64,000 nt of DNA from NCBI GenBank assembly GCA_020697715.1, contig JAEHCO010000001.1, positions 842,149 through 906,148 of the forward strand. Direction: 5' to 3'. Below, piece by piece: positions 48,465 to 59,600 of the stretch. Both the position numbers and the translations under genes were made by a program. The notes beneath the pieces were generated by a model. The model saw only the letters and a list, made by a program, of their open reading frames with translations, searched no databases and was not told where the DNA came from. Position 1 is the stretch's first letter, and every line of letters begins with the position of its first letter. The DNA is from Methanobacteriota archaeon. GTDB lineage: Archaea > Thermoplasmatota > Thermoplasmata > SG8-5 > JAGLSY01.

Positions 48465-49742
48465 ATGGCACAAAAAGCAATAAGAGAGGCGGACGGAAAG
48501 AAGATGATGGCCCGCCTATTGAAAGATTACACTGGTGGCAAGTACCCTGTCAAGGACAGATACATCACCATTGGACCAGAGACCGATATGAAGAAATTAC
48601 CAAATAAATACAAATGGCTGACCAAGGAGAAGTTGGTCGTGAAGCCAGACCAACTTATCAAGAGACGAGGCAAGAGCAAGCTTCTTCTGCTTAACACGGA
48701 CTGGAAAGAAGCCGAGAAATGGATCAAGGCAAGGATGAGCAAGAAAGTCACAGTTGGAAAAACAACTGGCGTACTGGATCATTTCATTGTCGAGCCTTTC
48801 ATACCACATGAGCAGAAGGACGAGTATTACTTCGCCATAACATCCGTACTGGAAGGCGATCTTGTTCTATTCTACCATGAAGGAGGAGTGGATGTTGGAG
48901 ATATTGATGCGAAGGCAACAAAAATGCTCGTGCCAATAGGTGAAATGCCAACAGCCGCTGAGTTTGAGAAGAAGCTCGTGGCCAAGGCACCGAAGGACCG
49001 CAAGAAGATGTTGGCAGAGTTCTTCGAGGGCATGTACAAATTCTACGCAGACCTGAACTTCGCTTATCTGGAGATCAATCCCGTGGTTGTCGTTGGAAAA
49101 GACATCTATCCACTGGATCTGGCTGCCAAGCTGGATGACACTGCCAAATTTGTTTCAGGTAAGAAATGGGGCGATGTCGAGTTCCCATCACCATTTGGCA
49201 GGATAAGGACTCCGGAGGAGGAGTACATCGACATGCTGGATGGAAAGACCGGATCTTCTCTAAAGTTAACCGTATTGAACCCTGAAGGAAGGATATGGAC
49301 CATGGTCGCAGGTGGCGGAGCTTCTGTCATCTATGCCGATACCATTACCGATCTTGGCTTCATGGATGAGATGGCTAATTATGGTGAATACTCGGGAAAT
49401 CCCAATGAGGAGTTCACTTACCTTTATGCGAAGACCATATTGGATCTCATGACCAAGAAGCCGAACAAGAAGGGCAAATATCTGATAGTTGGCGGAGGTA
49501 TCGCCAACTTCACGGATGTTGCTAAAACTTTCACTGGCATTATTCGCGCCCTGCGCGAATACGGTGACAAACTGAAGAAACAGAAGGTCAAGATATATGT
49601 GAGAAGGGGTGGACCGAACTACGCGACTGGATTGAAGAATATCGGAGCCCTAAAAGAGGAAATTGGCCTGGACATCGAGGTCTATGGGCCGGAGACTCAC
49701 ATGACGAACATTGTTTCCATGGCTTTGAAGGGAGGTAAGTGA
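48465..49742 (+). CDS. aclB: ATP citrate lyase beta subunit
   Basis: [56 protein letters not shown] and RRGGPNY. Confidence 0.95.
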   Translation: MAQKAIREADGKKMMARLLKDYTGGKYPVKDRYITIGPETDMKKLPNKYKWLTKEKLVVKPDQLIKRRGKSKLLLLNTDWKEAEKWIKARMSKKVTVGKTTGVLDHFIVEPFIPHEQKDEYYFAITSVLEGDLVLFYHEGGVDVGDIDAKATKMLVPIGEMPTAAEFEKKLVAKAPKDRKKMLAEFFEGMYKFYADLNFAYLEINPVVVVGKDIYPLDLAAKLDDTAKFVSGKKWGDVEFPSPFGRIRTPEEEYIDMLDGKTGSSLKLTVLNPEGRIWTMVAGGGASVIYADTITDLGFMDEMANYGEYSGNPNEEFTYLYAKTILDLMTKKPNKKGKYLIVGGGIANFTDVAKTFTGIIRALREYGDKLKKQKVKIYVRRGGPNYATGLKNIGALKEEIGLDIEVYGPETHMTNIVSMALKGGK

Positions 49743-49743
49743 A

Positions 49744-51606
49744 ATGGCTGCTAAAAAGACAACTCAGAAAAAGACCGAAAAGAAACCATACGAGCTTTTC
49801 GATAAAACAACACAGGCCTTCATCTACAATAGGCAAGTGGCGGCGACCCAGAGGATGCTTGATTTCGATTATGTAAGCGACAGGGAAACACCATCGGTCG
49901 CGGCTATCATCAATCCGACTGGCAAGGATGGCCTGGAGAAGTTCTTCTTCGGACCAAAGGAGATATTGATCCCCGTGTTCAAGTCCATGAAGGACGCGGC
50001 AAAGAAGCACAAGAACGTGGATGTGATGATCAGCTTCGCTTCCTTCAGGTCAGCACCTAAATCCGTCGAGGAAGCCTTCGAGATAAAGCAATTGAAAACA
50101 ATTGTTGTAATTGCCGAGGGTGTTCCAGAGAGAAGGATGAAGGAGCTTATCGCCAAGGCCAAGAAACTGGACCGCGTTATAATCGGGCCAGCAACTGTGG
50201 GTGGAATTCAGGCTGGAGCTTTCAAGATAGGCAATACCGCAGGAACTATCGACAATATCATCGAGTCAAAACTCGGAAGACCTGGCTCGGTTGGTTTCGT
50301 ATCCAAATCCGGTGGTCTGAGCAATGAGGCTTACAATATCATAGCCCGAAATACTGACGGTCTCTACGAAGGGATCGCCATCGGGGGCGACATGTATCCA
50401 GGAAGCACATTGATGGATCATCTCATGAGATATGAGAAGAACCCGAAGGTGAAGATGCTGGTATGTTTGGGAGAAGTAGGCGGAGTTGATGAATACAACA
50501 TTGTCGAGGCTCTTGAAAAGAAGAAGATAAATAAGCCACTGGTAATGTGGGTCACTGGCACCTGTGCCAAGGCCTTCAAGACCGATGTCCAGTTCGGACA
50601 TGCAGGAGCGAAAGCTGACGCAGAGGCCGAGACAGCCGATGCCAAGAACAAGGCATTGAAGAAAGCAGGCGCGATCGTGCCAAACTCCTTCGACGACTAT
50701 GCCTTGAAGATCAACCAAACCTACAAGAAATTGGTCAAGGCTGGCAAGATAAAGCCAGGTCCAGAACCAGTGGCTCCGATAATGCCAGCAGATTATGCCA
50801 AGGCTATGAAAGCCGGAGAAATAAGAAAACCATCCAGCTTTATCTCCACCATCTCAGATGAGAGGGGTGAGGAGCTTTACTACGGCAATATGGCGATAAC
50901 CGATGTGTTCAAGAAAGATATCGGACTGGGCGGTGTTCTCAGTATACTGTGGTTCAAGAAATTGATGCCAAGGTACGCTTGCAAATTCATCGAGAACGTG
51001 CTCATGGTCGTAGCCGACCACGGACCTGCTGTTTCCGGTGCACATAATACGATAGTCGCGACAAGAGCTGGCAAAGATCTCATTTCTTCACTTGTGAGCG
51101 GTTTGCTATGTATCGGGCCAAGGTTCGGAGGCGCGATAGACGGAGCTGCCCAGATGTTCTCCTCTGCTTATGATAGGGGACTGACACCTCAGGAATTCAT
51201 CGATGAGATGAAAGCTAAAGGCGTGAACATCCAGGGCATCGGTCACCGTGTGAAGAGTGTGCACAATCCGGATATGAGAGTGACAGTGATGAAGAACTAC
51301 GTGAAGAAGAACTTCAAGAAATCACCATTGCTGGACTATGCTTTGGAAGTGGAGAAACTAACCACTTCCAAGCGTGACAATCTCATACTGAATGTGGATG
51401 GTGTCATTGGAATATGCTTCGCCGACATGCTGAGAAACGAGTTTCCGAAGGCTGTGGCGGATGAATACATCAACATGGGCGCATTGAACGGTCTTTTCGT
51501 TCTCGGAAGAAGCATCGGCTTCATGGGACATCATATGGACCAGAAGAGATTGAAACAACCGATGTACAGGCATCCGTGGGATGATATCCTTTACATGAAG
51601 GAGTAA
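49744..51606 (+). CDS. aclA: ATP citrate lyase alpha subunit
   Basis: [24 protein letters not shown] (phospho-His), [25 protein letters not shown] and RHPWDDI. Confidence 0.95.
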   Translation: MAAKKTTQKKTEKKPYELFDKTTQAFIYNRQVAATQRMLDFDYVSDRETPSVAAIINPTGKDGLEKFFFGPKEILIPVFKSMKDAAKKHKNVDVMISFASFRSAPKSVEEAFEIKQLKTIVVIAEGVPERRMKELIAKAKKLDRVIIGPATVGGIQAGAFKIGNTAGTIDNIIESKLGRPGSVGFVSKSGGLSNEAYNIIARNTDGLYEGIAIGGDMYPGSTLMDHLMRYEKNPKVKMLVCLGEVGGVDEYNIVEALEKKKINKPLVMWVTGTCAKAFKTDVQFGHAGAKADAEAETADAKNKALKKAGAIVPNSFDDYALKINQTYKKLVKAGKIKPGPEPVAPIMPADYAKAMKAGEIRKPSSFISTISDERGEELYYGNMAITDVFKKDIGLGGVLSILWFKKLMPRYACKFIENVLMVVADHGPAVSGAHNTIVATRAGKDLISSLVSGLLCIGPRFGGAIDGAAQMFSSAYDRGLTPQEFIDEMKAKGVNIQGIGHRVKSVHNPDMRVTVMKNYVKKNFKKSPLLDYALEVEKLTTSKRDNLILNVDGVIGICFADMLRNEFPKAVADEYINMGALNGLFVLGRSIGFMGHHMDQKRLKQPMYRHPWDDILYMKE

Positions 51607-51612
51607 TGGACC

Positions 51613-53841
51613 ATGACCAAAGGAAAGATAATATACACTATCGTGGACGAGGCTCCCGGCCTCGCCACTTACTCCTTTCTACCAGTGGTGAAGGCATTTA
51701 CAGAAGCAGCGGGTGTGTCCGTCGAAACAAGAGACATCTCTCTTGCTGGAAGGATCATAGCGAAGTTCCCCGAGAAACTCACGGAAGAACAGAGAATATC
51801 CGATGACCTGGCTGAGTTGGGTGATCTGGTAAAGAAACCAGAGGCCAATGTGATAAAACTACCATGCATCAGTGCTTCCCTGGGACAACTGAAGGCTACC
51901 GTGAAGGAACTTCAGGGAAAGGGATACAACCTGCCAGACTACCCAGAGGACCCTCATACTGATGAGGAGAAGGATATCAAGAGCAGATATGACAAGGTCA
52001 AGGGCTCGGCAGTGAATCCAGTTCTGAGAGAAGGTAATTCCGACAGAAGGGCTCCAGCCAGTGTGAAGAACTACGCACGGGCAAATCCTCATCCGATGGG
52101 TGAATGGACAGCCAATAATCCTGCCCATGTATCCACCATGTCCGAAGGAGACCTCGCGCACAATGAGATATCCACCACTATCAAGCCACAGGATATTGGA
52201 GACTGTGTAATAGAATTCCATAAAATGGACGGCTCCAAGGTCGTGCTCAAGGAAAGGACACCTCTTCTGGACGGGGAGATAATCGATGCCTCGAAGATGA
52301 GCAGGAATGCTCTAAGGGTCTTCCTGGAGGAGCAGATCAATGACTGCAAAGAGAAGGACCTGCTTTTCAGCATCCATCTGAAGGCAACTATGATGAAGGT
52401 GAGCGATCCCATATTCTTCGGGCATGCGGTCTCCGTATTCTTCAAGGAGGTCTTTGACAAGCACACCTCCACCTTTGAGGAATTGGGAGTGAATCCCAAT
52501 AATGGCCTCTCCGAGCTCTATCAGAAGCTGGACAAGCTGCCTGATGACAAGAAAGCGGAGATAATCGCTGATATCGAGGCGGTCAAGGCAAAGAGACCCA
52601 AGCTGGCAATGGTGGACTCAGACAAGGGCATCACCAACCTGCATGTGGGCAGCGACACTATCATCGACGCATCATTGCCCAGGTATGTTCGTGAATCTGG
52701 AACCATGTGGGGCCCTGACGGAAAGCAGCATCCTGCAAAGGCCATCATACCCGATTCCAGCTACGCTGGCATATACCAGGCGACAGTGGACGACTGCAAG
52801 GCCAACGGCGCATATGATCCAACCACCATGGGAACAGTTCCCAATGTAGGCCTAATGGCTCAAAAGGCAGAGGAATATGGATCCCATGACAAAACATTTG
52901 AGATATCTGGCAATGGAACTGTAAAGGTGGTCTCAGCAGTAGGCAATATTCTTTTGGAGATCTCAGTAGAGGACGGCGATGTCTTTAGGATGTGCCAGGT
53001 CAAGGACCTACCGATCCAAGATTGGGTCAAATTAGCTGTTACCAGGGCACGCGCCACTGGATGGCCAGCAATATTCTGGCTGGACAAGGACCGAGCCCAT
53101 GATGCTGAATTGATCGAGAAAGTGCACACTTACCTGCAGGACCATGACACGTCGGGCCTGAACATACAGGTCATGCCTCCTACCGAGGCCACCAAGTTCT
53201 CGGTCGAGAGGATGAGGAAGGGCGAGAACACGATCTCAGTGACTGGCAATGTCCTCAGGGACTACAATACGGACCTATTCCCAATACTTGAAGTGGGGAC
53301 CAGCGCCAAGATGCTCTCGATAGTACCGCTCATGAACGGCGGTGGATTGTTCGAGACCGGAGCTGGAGGATCAGCTCCAAAGCATGTGCAGCAGTTCCAG
53401 AAGGAGGGACATCTGAGATGGGATTCCTTGGGCGAGTTCCTTGCATTGGCAGCCAGTCTGGAGCATTTGGCCATCGTATTCGATAATCCTCGGGCGCAGA
53501 TATTGGCCGACACACTGGACAAAGCAAATGGCAAGTTCCTTCTTGAGGACAAGTCACCATCCAGGAAGGTCAATGAGCCAGACAATCGCCACAGCCATTT
53601 CTACCTGACAATGTACTGGGCTCAGGAACTGGCCGCTCAGAATGACGACCAGGAATTGCAAGCACGCTTTGCCAAGCTGGCGCAGGAATTGGAAGCCAAT
53701 GAGCAGAAGATATATGACGAGCTCATGACAGCACAGGGCCAGCCAGTTGATTACAATGGCTACTTCAAGCCCAATGACGAGCTTGCAGTTAAGGCCATGA
53801 GGCCGAGCGCGACCTTCAATGCACTAGTGGACAACCTTTGA
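51613..53841 (+). CDS. icd: Monomeric NADP-dependent isocitrate dehydrogenase
   Basis: [53 protein letters not shown] and [12 protein letters not shown]; 742 aa. Confidence 0.96.
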   Translation: MTKGKIIYTIVDEAPGLATYSFLPVVKAFTEAAGVSVETRDISLAGRIIAKFPEKLTEEQRISDDLAELGDLVKKPEANVIKLPCISASLGQLKATVKELQGKGYNLPDYPEDPHTDEEKDIKSRYDKVKGSAVNPVLREGNSDRRAPASVKNYARANPHPMGEWTANNPAHVSTMSEGDLAHNEISTTIKPQDIGDCVIEFHKMDGSKVVLKERTPLLDGEIIDASKMSRNALRVFLEEQINDCKEKDLLFSIHLKATMMKVSDPIFFGHAVSVFFKEVFDKHTSTFEELGVNPNNGLSELYQKLDKLPDDKKAEIIADIEAVKAKRPKLAMVDSDKGITNLHVGSDTIIDASLPRYVRESGTMWGPDGKQHPAKAIIPDSSYAGIYQATVDDCKANGAYDPTTMGTVPNVGLMAQKAEEYGSHDKTFEISGNGTVKVVSAVGNILLEISVEDGDVFRMCQVKDLPIQDWVKLAVTRARATGWPAIFWLDKDRAHDAELIEKVHTYLQDHDTSGLNIQVMPPTEATKFSVERMRKGENTISVTGNVLRDYNTDLFPILEVGTSAKMLSIVPLMNGGGLFETGAGGSAPKHVQQFQKEGHLRWDSLGEFLALAASLEHLAIVFDNPRAQILADTLDKANGKFLLEDKSPSRKVNEPDNRHSHFYLTMYWAQELAAQNDDQELQARFAKLAQELEANEQKIYDELMTAQGQPVDYNGYFKPNDELAVKAMRPSATFNALVDNL

Positions 53842-53858
53842 TCGAGCGGAAGCAGAAA

Positions 53859-53900
53859 TGAAAGGCCGCTTCAAACGGCCTTTCACCATTTCATTTTCTT
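53859..53900 (+). terminator. Hairpin plus T-rich terminator after icd
   Basis: TGAAAGGCCG-CTTCAAA-CGGCCTTTCA followed by a T-rich run. Confidence 0.7.
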
Positions 53901-53934
53901 CAATTTTTATTTATACCTCTTTCCCAATCTATTG

Positions 53935-54840
53935 ATGATGAAAAAACCCGAGCTCGCGGTCATGATAGCCGTTATCTCAGTATCCTTTTCTGCCATCTTG
54001 ATCCGGTGGGCAACAGCTCCCGCACTGGCCATTGCTTTTTGGAGGCTTTTATTCACCACCTTGCTCCTCATGCCTTTCGCCTTGTTCTACAAGCGGGATG
54101 AGATAAGATCCCTGGGCTGGAAGGGCATAGGCAAGACAGCACTCATTGGTTTAGTGCTGGCTACACATTTTTCACTATGGATACGCTCCCTGGAATTGAC
54201 CACTGTGGCCAGTTCTGTCATACTTGTAACTGCCCATCCTATCCTGGTGGCTGGATTATCATACTATCTGTGGAAGGAGCCAGTGTCCAAGACCAATGCC
54301 TTCGGTATTGGCATTGCGATAATTGGCATCATAGTGCTTTCATGGGGTGATATGGGTGCGGGGAATCTCACCGGCAATGTACTCGCCCTGATTGCCGGAA
54401 TATGTGCAGGTCTGTACATACTGGCTGGAAGAAGGATGCGCCGTGATGTATCTCTTCTTTCCTACGCATTTCTGGTCTACATATTCTGTGCCATATTCCT
54501 GGCCATCATGTGCCTGACCACGTCCACGAAATTCTACCCTTATCCAAAAGAAGATTTTTACTTGTTCATCACCATGGCCGCTATACCCGGAATACTGGGC
54601 CACACTTTGTACAACTGGGCACTCAAACATGTAAAAGCCTCGGTCGTATCTGTAAGTCTGCTGGCCGAGCCCATCGGTTCAACAGCTCTGGCCTTTCTTC
54701 TGCTAGGAGAGACACCCGGGTCCATCCTTGTGATAATTGGGGGCGCATTGACCCTGCTAGGAATTCTATTGACTGTGAGAAAGGTTCGTACCAGAGGCAA
54801 AGCCAGAAGATCCAGGTCAAAAAAGATCACTACTTCTTGA
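53935..54840 (+). CDS. DMT/EamA family transporter
   Basis: SFSAILIR, HFSLWIRSL..TTVASS, GHTLYNWAL and LAEPIG. Confidence 0.9.
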   Translation: MMKKPELAVMIAVISVSFSAILIRWATAPALAIAFWRLLFTTLLLMPFALFYKRDEIRSLGWKGIGKTALIGLVLATHFSLWIRSLELTTVASSVILVTAHPILVAGLSYYLWKEPVSKTNAFGIGIAIIGIIVLSWGDMGAGNLTGNVLALIAGICAGLYILAGRRMRRDVSLLSYAFLVYIFCAIFLAIMCLTTSTKFYPYPKEDFYLFITMAAIPGILGHTLYNWALKHVKASVVSVSLLAEPIGSTALAFLLLGETPGSILVIIGGALTLLGILLTVRKVRTRGKARRSRSKKITTS

Positions 54841-56620
54841 CCTTATGTCGCACACGCACTGCTTCGCCTTTCACACTCTGCACCATCTCGTCCGCATTCA
54901 TCTTCGCAGTGCCAGCCCCTCTCAATGACCCATCCTGGCCAATGATGCAAATCTCGTCCCCAACCCTTATCCGGGGGTCGGCTTCCTCCACACCAACCGC
55001 GAACAGGTTGCCGATCAGGTCGAAATCATGCATCTTCACCGTGTACAAGTTCTTCTCCACCATGAGCTTCGCCAGGTCCAGCGTGGGAATTAAAAATCCA
55101 CTGGCCTCGGATACCATGGCCAGTTGTTGATTGCCCTTCCTGATCTTGAGAATAGGATAGCGGCCCTTGACATGGCAACCGTGGAAGATATCGGTCGCAT
55201 CTTCACCCCACTGGAACCTGGCCATATTGGTGACCTCCTCCAATGTTCTTCTCTTCCAGTCTGGCTTGCTGTCCAATAGCGGGATATTATCCAGTGCGTC
55301 CCGGAGATCGACGAGGGATTGCGCATCCGTTGGTCTATCTCCAGCTGTGGAGATAGCGCCATCCAGGTATTCCTGATCGTCAAAGATATCATCGTCTCCA
55401 AAATGAACGATGATGTGATCATATTTGTTTATGGCCAGGTACTCCTTGAGAAGCACATTGATCATTTTTTTCTCATCCTCATACCAATGGCCAGTTACAG
55501 GAATATCATAATGCTGGGCAGGATATGTGAGCTCCAGCTCTCTGGGAACAAGACCCAGGGGCGATGTGATGATAAGCTCATGCACCCGATGTCCAACTTT
55601 TGAATTGCTTATCACTTCTCTGAACTTCTGATGGCTCTTTGATTTGGAATAAGGTTTCCTGGCCGAGCATGGCAATATCAGAAGAATATCCTGTTCCGAT
55701 GGCTTCCAGTACCTTGTCAACACGCGCTCGCGGAACCGCTTGACATCCGGTCTTTCAAGAGATAATCTCGTAGTGGCCTGGAATTCAGGCCCAATAACTG
55801 GAGATCTCTTCTCCTCGAATTCGGGATACCTTTTGTCCATAAGCCTGAGCATGGCCACCAGCTCGGGCGAGGTTTTCGCCCGGTACTCGATGAACTGCCG
55901 CAAACCTCGTTTGGCCAGTTTACCCCTGATCTGCTGTAGTTCCGTCTGCAAGGCCAGGAAATTATGCTCCCGCAACCTATCATTGGCCGAGGCATCAAGG
56001 TCGCAGCCCCTGCATGCGCATTCTCCCTCGTCCACATCCTCGTGTGGTACAGCTCCATCAGATCTGAGGAACATTTTCTTGCGCGTTAGGAATACCACTC
56101 GGGTGGCATCCAGCAGATCCGCGCCCAGGTAAAATAAGATTCCGATATTGTGAGGCATGGCCACGCCCGGTAAATAAAGAATATTCTGATAACCAATGCC
56201 CTCTCTTATGCGAAGCATGGTCTCGACAAATCTGAAAGGATTCTGATACAGTTCGACAGCTCCCTCGAGAATGAATATATCCGCCTTCTCGCGAATACCG
56301 ATCATCTCGTCATCGGTTATACTGGCTCTGATGACCGCGATATTATCTTTAATTGTAAAATTCGGAAGCTCATAGCCTTTGAGATCATATCCATTGGGAA
56401 CACCCGAGTAGCTTGGCAAGGAGATCGAAACTCCACCGATCTCCATCAGCAGGCCATTATTTCCACCACTCTCTTTCAGCACACCACCAGCATAGCCGGG
56501 AGCGTCCATCCTGTGGCTCTCTGGGAACAGGATGTTCGGAATTGGAAGTTTCCAACCATCACCAGTATAAGTTCCAGACCTGACGGTCGCATCTCGTAAT
56601 TTTACTTCGAGCATTGGCAC
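54830..56620 (-). CDS. arcS: Archaeosine synthase subunit alpha
   Basis: Degenerate TGT-like N-domain, LPCSARKPYSKSKSH, ITSPLGLVPRELE..YPA.HYDIPVTG.W and a C-terminal PUA domain. Confidence 0.9.
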   Translation of the reverse strand: MPMLEVKLRDATVRSGTYTGDGWKLPIPNILFPESHRMDAPGYAGGVLKESGGNNGLLMEIGGVSISLPSYSGVPNGYDLKGYELPNFTIKDNIAVIRASITDDEMIGIREKADIFILEGAVELYQNPFRFVETMLRIREGIGYQNILYLPGVAMPHNIGILFYLGADLLDATRVVFLTRKKMFLRSDGAVPHEDVDEGECACRGCDLDASANDRLREHNFLALQTELQQIRGKLAKRGLRQFIEYRAKTSPELVAMLRLMDKRYPEFEEKRSPVIGPEFQATTRLSLERPDVKRFRERVLTRYWKPSEQDILLILPCSARKPYSKSKSHQKFREVISNSKVGHRVHELIITSPLGLVPRELELTYPAQHYDIPVTGHWYEDEKKMINVLLKEYLAINKYDHIIVHFGDDDIFDDQEYLDGAISTAGDRPTDAQSLVDLRDALDNIPLLDSKPDWKRRTLEEVTNMARFQWGEDATDIFHGCHVKGRYPILKIRKGNQQLAMVSEASGFLIPTLDLAKLMVEKNLYTVKMHDFDLIGNLFAVGVEEADPRIRVGDEICIIGQDGSLRGAGTAKMNADEMVQSVKGEAVRVRHKVKK

Positions 56621-56654
56621 TGGAATACTGAGGCGGAATATAAATGTGTTCAGC

Positions 56655-59600
56655 CTAAGGTATCATCCAGGGATAGAATCCATTAGAGTATATCCAGTAA
56701 GCTTGACCGATCTGGAAAGCGGCTCCATCAGGCATGGGCTCGATACCGTAAGTTGACATATCATTGAACCTCTCGATGGTCATGACCATACCTCCAGATT
56801 CCACTTTCAGATTGCCTGCTGTATAACCCTCAGTATCTGATGGGTAACCCACCATGTTCCAGCCTGGTTGCAGAGTGACGACAGTTCCTGATGGGGCGCT
56901 TCCAGTCTCGCCCATTGTAAGAAGATTATCTCCATCATTTCTAGTCACATACATCCAGACACCCATTGTATTATCCACATCGGGCATATCTTGAGGTAAG
57001 CCAGCTGCTGCCTGTGCCTTATCATAGCACTTCCAATGGTCAATTGCATCTGCAGGATCATACCACATTATCGAGCTCCAGGTAGTTCCTCCATCTCCAA
57101 AGATGGTATCATTGAATATTATGTCCACTGAATTGTCCACATTCACTGGGAATGATACAAATCTCCATCCTACATCCATCCCCATGTCATATGGAATCTC
57201 TGGAAGGAAGCCAGCTATGTAGATGGCAGTTGCATATGATCCTGCCCAATTGCCAGAAGAATCCTGCCCTCTGACCCATAGCTTATTCCATTCTCCAATG
57301 CTCCAGCCGGCTGTTACAGCCCCTGGTATGAAGACAGTGACATCCTCATTGATCTCATCCCACACTCCATCCACGACATTCATTGGAGTTCCTGGCCAGT
57401 TTGCGGTTTCTCCCAAGCACCATTCAGCTGCAGTGATGTATGACTCACCAGTCATTGAATCATCAATTATGGCATTAAGGTTCACTGAGTCTCCTGGTTC
57501 TATGGGATTGATATCGCTAACAACACTTCCCGGCACTGTGATCGGGGGCGTGTTATCCACGCCATGTTCTATTGTGAAGTCCATTGATTCTGAATAATCA
57601 CTAAGAACTGCATAAGTTGCAGTTCCAAGGCCGACTACTTTTATTCTGTAAGTGTCCGCATCTTCAAGGGCGCTTATGTCCCATACCAAGCTTGTTTGAC
57701 TACCTGGCAATGGAGCACCGTTTATCTTGATATATTCCTGACCGCTGTTCGGGCTGTAATAGACATCTACGGACGTAGCATCAGATATTGTCCAATCAAT
57801 TGTGTAAGTGGTCGTGGACGTGATGGTCTCCCCACCAATTGGATTTACTAAATCCGCGGTAGGATGGTTCCCGCCAAGTAGCCACTGAATTGTTTCATCA
57901 AGTAATTCCGCTCTCTCCAGGTCGATGGTCGGTGGAGATCCAGCTGGATCCCAGTTCCCGCCTGTATTTGTCGAATCGATCATATTGTGTGAGAAGGCAT
58001 TGAAGGCTATCCTGGCCGTACCTGCAGCTCCACCACCTGTCTGCGCAACTCCCGCGGCAGTTCCACCATATTCATGATCATTATAATCCCATATGGCAAC
58101 CCCTGGGGCTATGGCATTTATATCATCTGGCCAGAACCTGCTTGAGCCGTAAACATCCTGCTCAAGGTCCATATTGTCCAAGTTGTAAATATCATTCAGA
58201 ACATGTCCATTATCTATAACCATGAAAGGATCTGTGCCTGGTGGACCACCACCGCCTTCATCTCCACCACCGCCATCAGCATCGTCTCCGAGGTATTCGG
58301 CCTTCAGATAGTCCTCACACCAGGTGACATCGGGATCTGTTCCAACTAAACTCATATCCCATGCTATGTCCTGACCCACTATGTAGGCCATTGGAACTGT
58401 TCCTTGGCTGGTCAATGGCTGGTCGAGATAACCTGCCAGTGCCTCTCTGTCATCAGCACTCAATTGAGGGAATCCTTCAGATGGGACCCAAATGATCATG
58501 GAAGCCTGATTAAGATCCTCGGTCGATGGAGAACCCAATACATTCATATCCCAATGACTGTAGGTCCATCCAGTGTATTCCAAATTATTCATCCAGTCCA
58601 GTTCATAGGGTGAGCCATCTAATGGAGATATACTGCCTATGTCGTCATCGACCAGCATTATCAGTGGCCCTCCGGTCGTGGCACTTCTGGTGCTGAATGT
58701 GTAATATCCTCCTCCATAGTCATCATAGGTGGATCTTCCATACATATCGGCGGATTCCACCCAGAACTCGTATTTCGTATCTCCCAAGAGTCCTGTCATT
58801 GGTATCTGATGATCCATGACGAGGTGATCATCATGAATAATTGTCCATGTAGGCGAGCCAAACACTCTGTAATACACAGTGCTATTCGCATTTTCATCGG
58901 TATCCCAGGTCATTATGGTAGACACTCCAGATATCTCACTTGCAAATACATTTGATATGACTGGCTCATGAATATCAATTAATGCATATGCTATGGAGTC
59001 ATGAATAGGAGATGTATCTGAATAAGTGGTGGTTATGGTCTCACCGTCACTGACCTGTAATTTTCCATCTCCTGGCGCTGCGATCCCCATATCTGTTAAT
59101 ATAGAGCCAGTATAAACACTTGAATTGAAGTCCAGGACATTCAATGTGACGATCTCTGAATCCCCACTAACACTTCCTGTGATCGTTATATCAACTGTAG
59201 GAGGAAAGCTATTGGTATCCTCCAATCTGAAATTTATGATATCCGAATCATCATAGACAGATCGATCCATCTGAATAAGACCATGGCCATCATCGAAGTT
59301 CCCTGTCGCGACCAGGGCGAAGTTCTGAGGACCTATTGCGATGTTCGAAGCATCGATCCTGATGGTGTAAATACCTGGAGATGGAATATTCAGATATGCG
59401 CATTCCACATTGTTCAATATATCATATGAACCATTGAACATGGATTCTCCACCTGAGAAGACATTTCCCTTGTATTCCATTGCGCCAGGTGCGATCAATG
59501 TCAGATCCAGATCATTGACCAGTGCCTTTGCGGCTGCTGGATCTCCTTGATAATCGGACCAGACCAAAGATATCTTCAATGGCTCAGAGGCATCTGTAAC

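Noticed and set aside
48404-48607. 67-aa ORF overlapping aclB
   Set aside because: Out-of-frame overlap with a highly conserved gene and no recognisable motifs.
53935-54840. DMT transporter as a preQ0 importer for archaeosine synthesis
   Set aside because: The only link is convergent adjacency to arcS; no sequence support for substrate.
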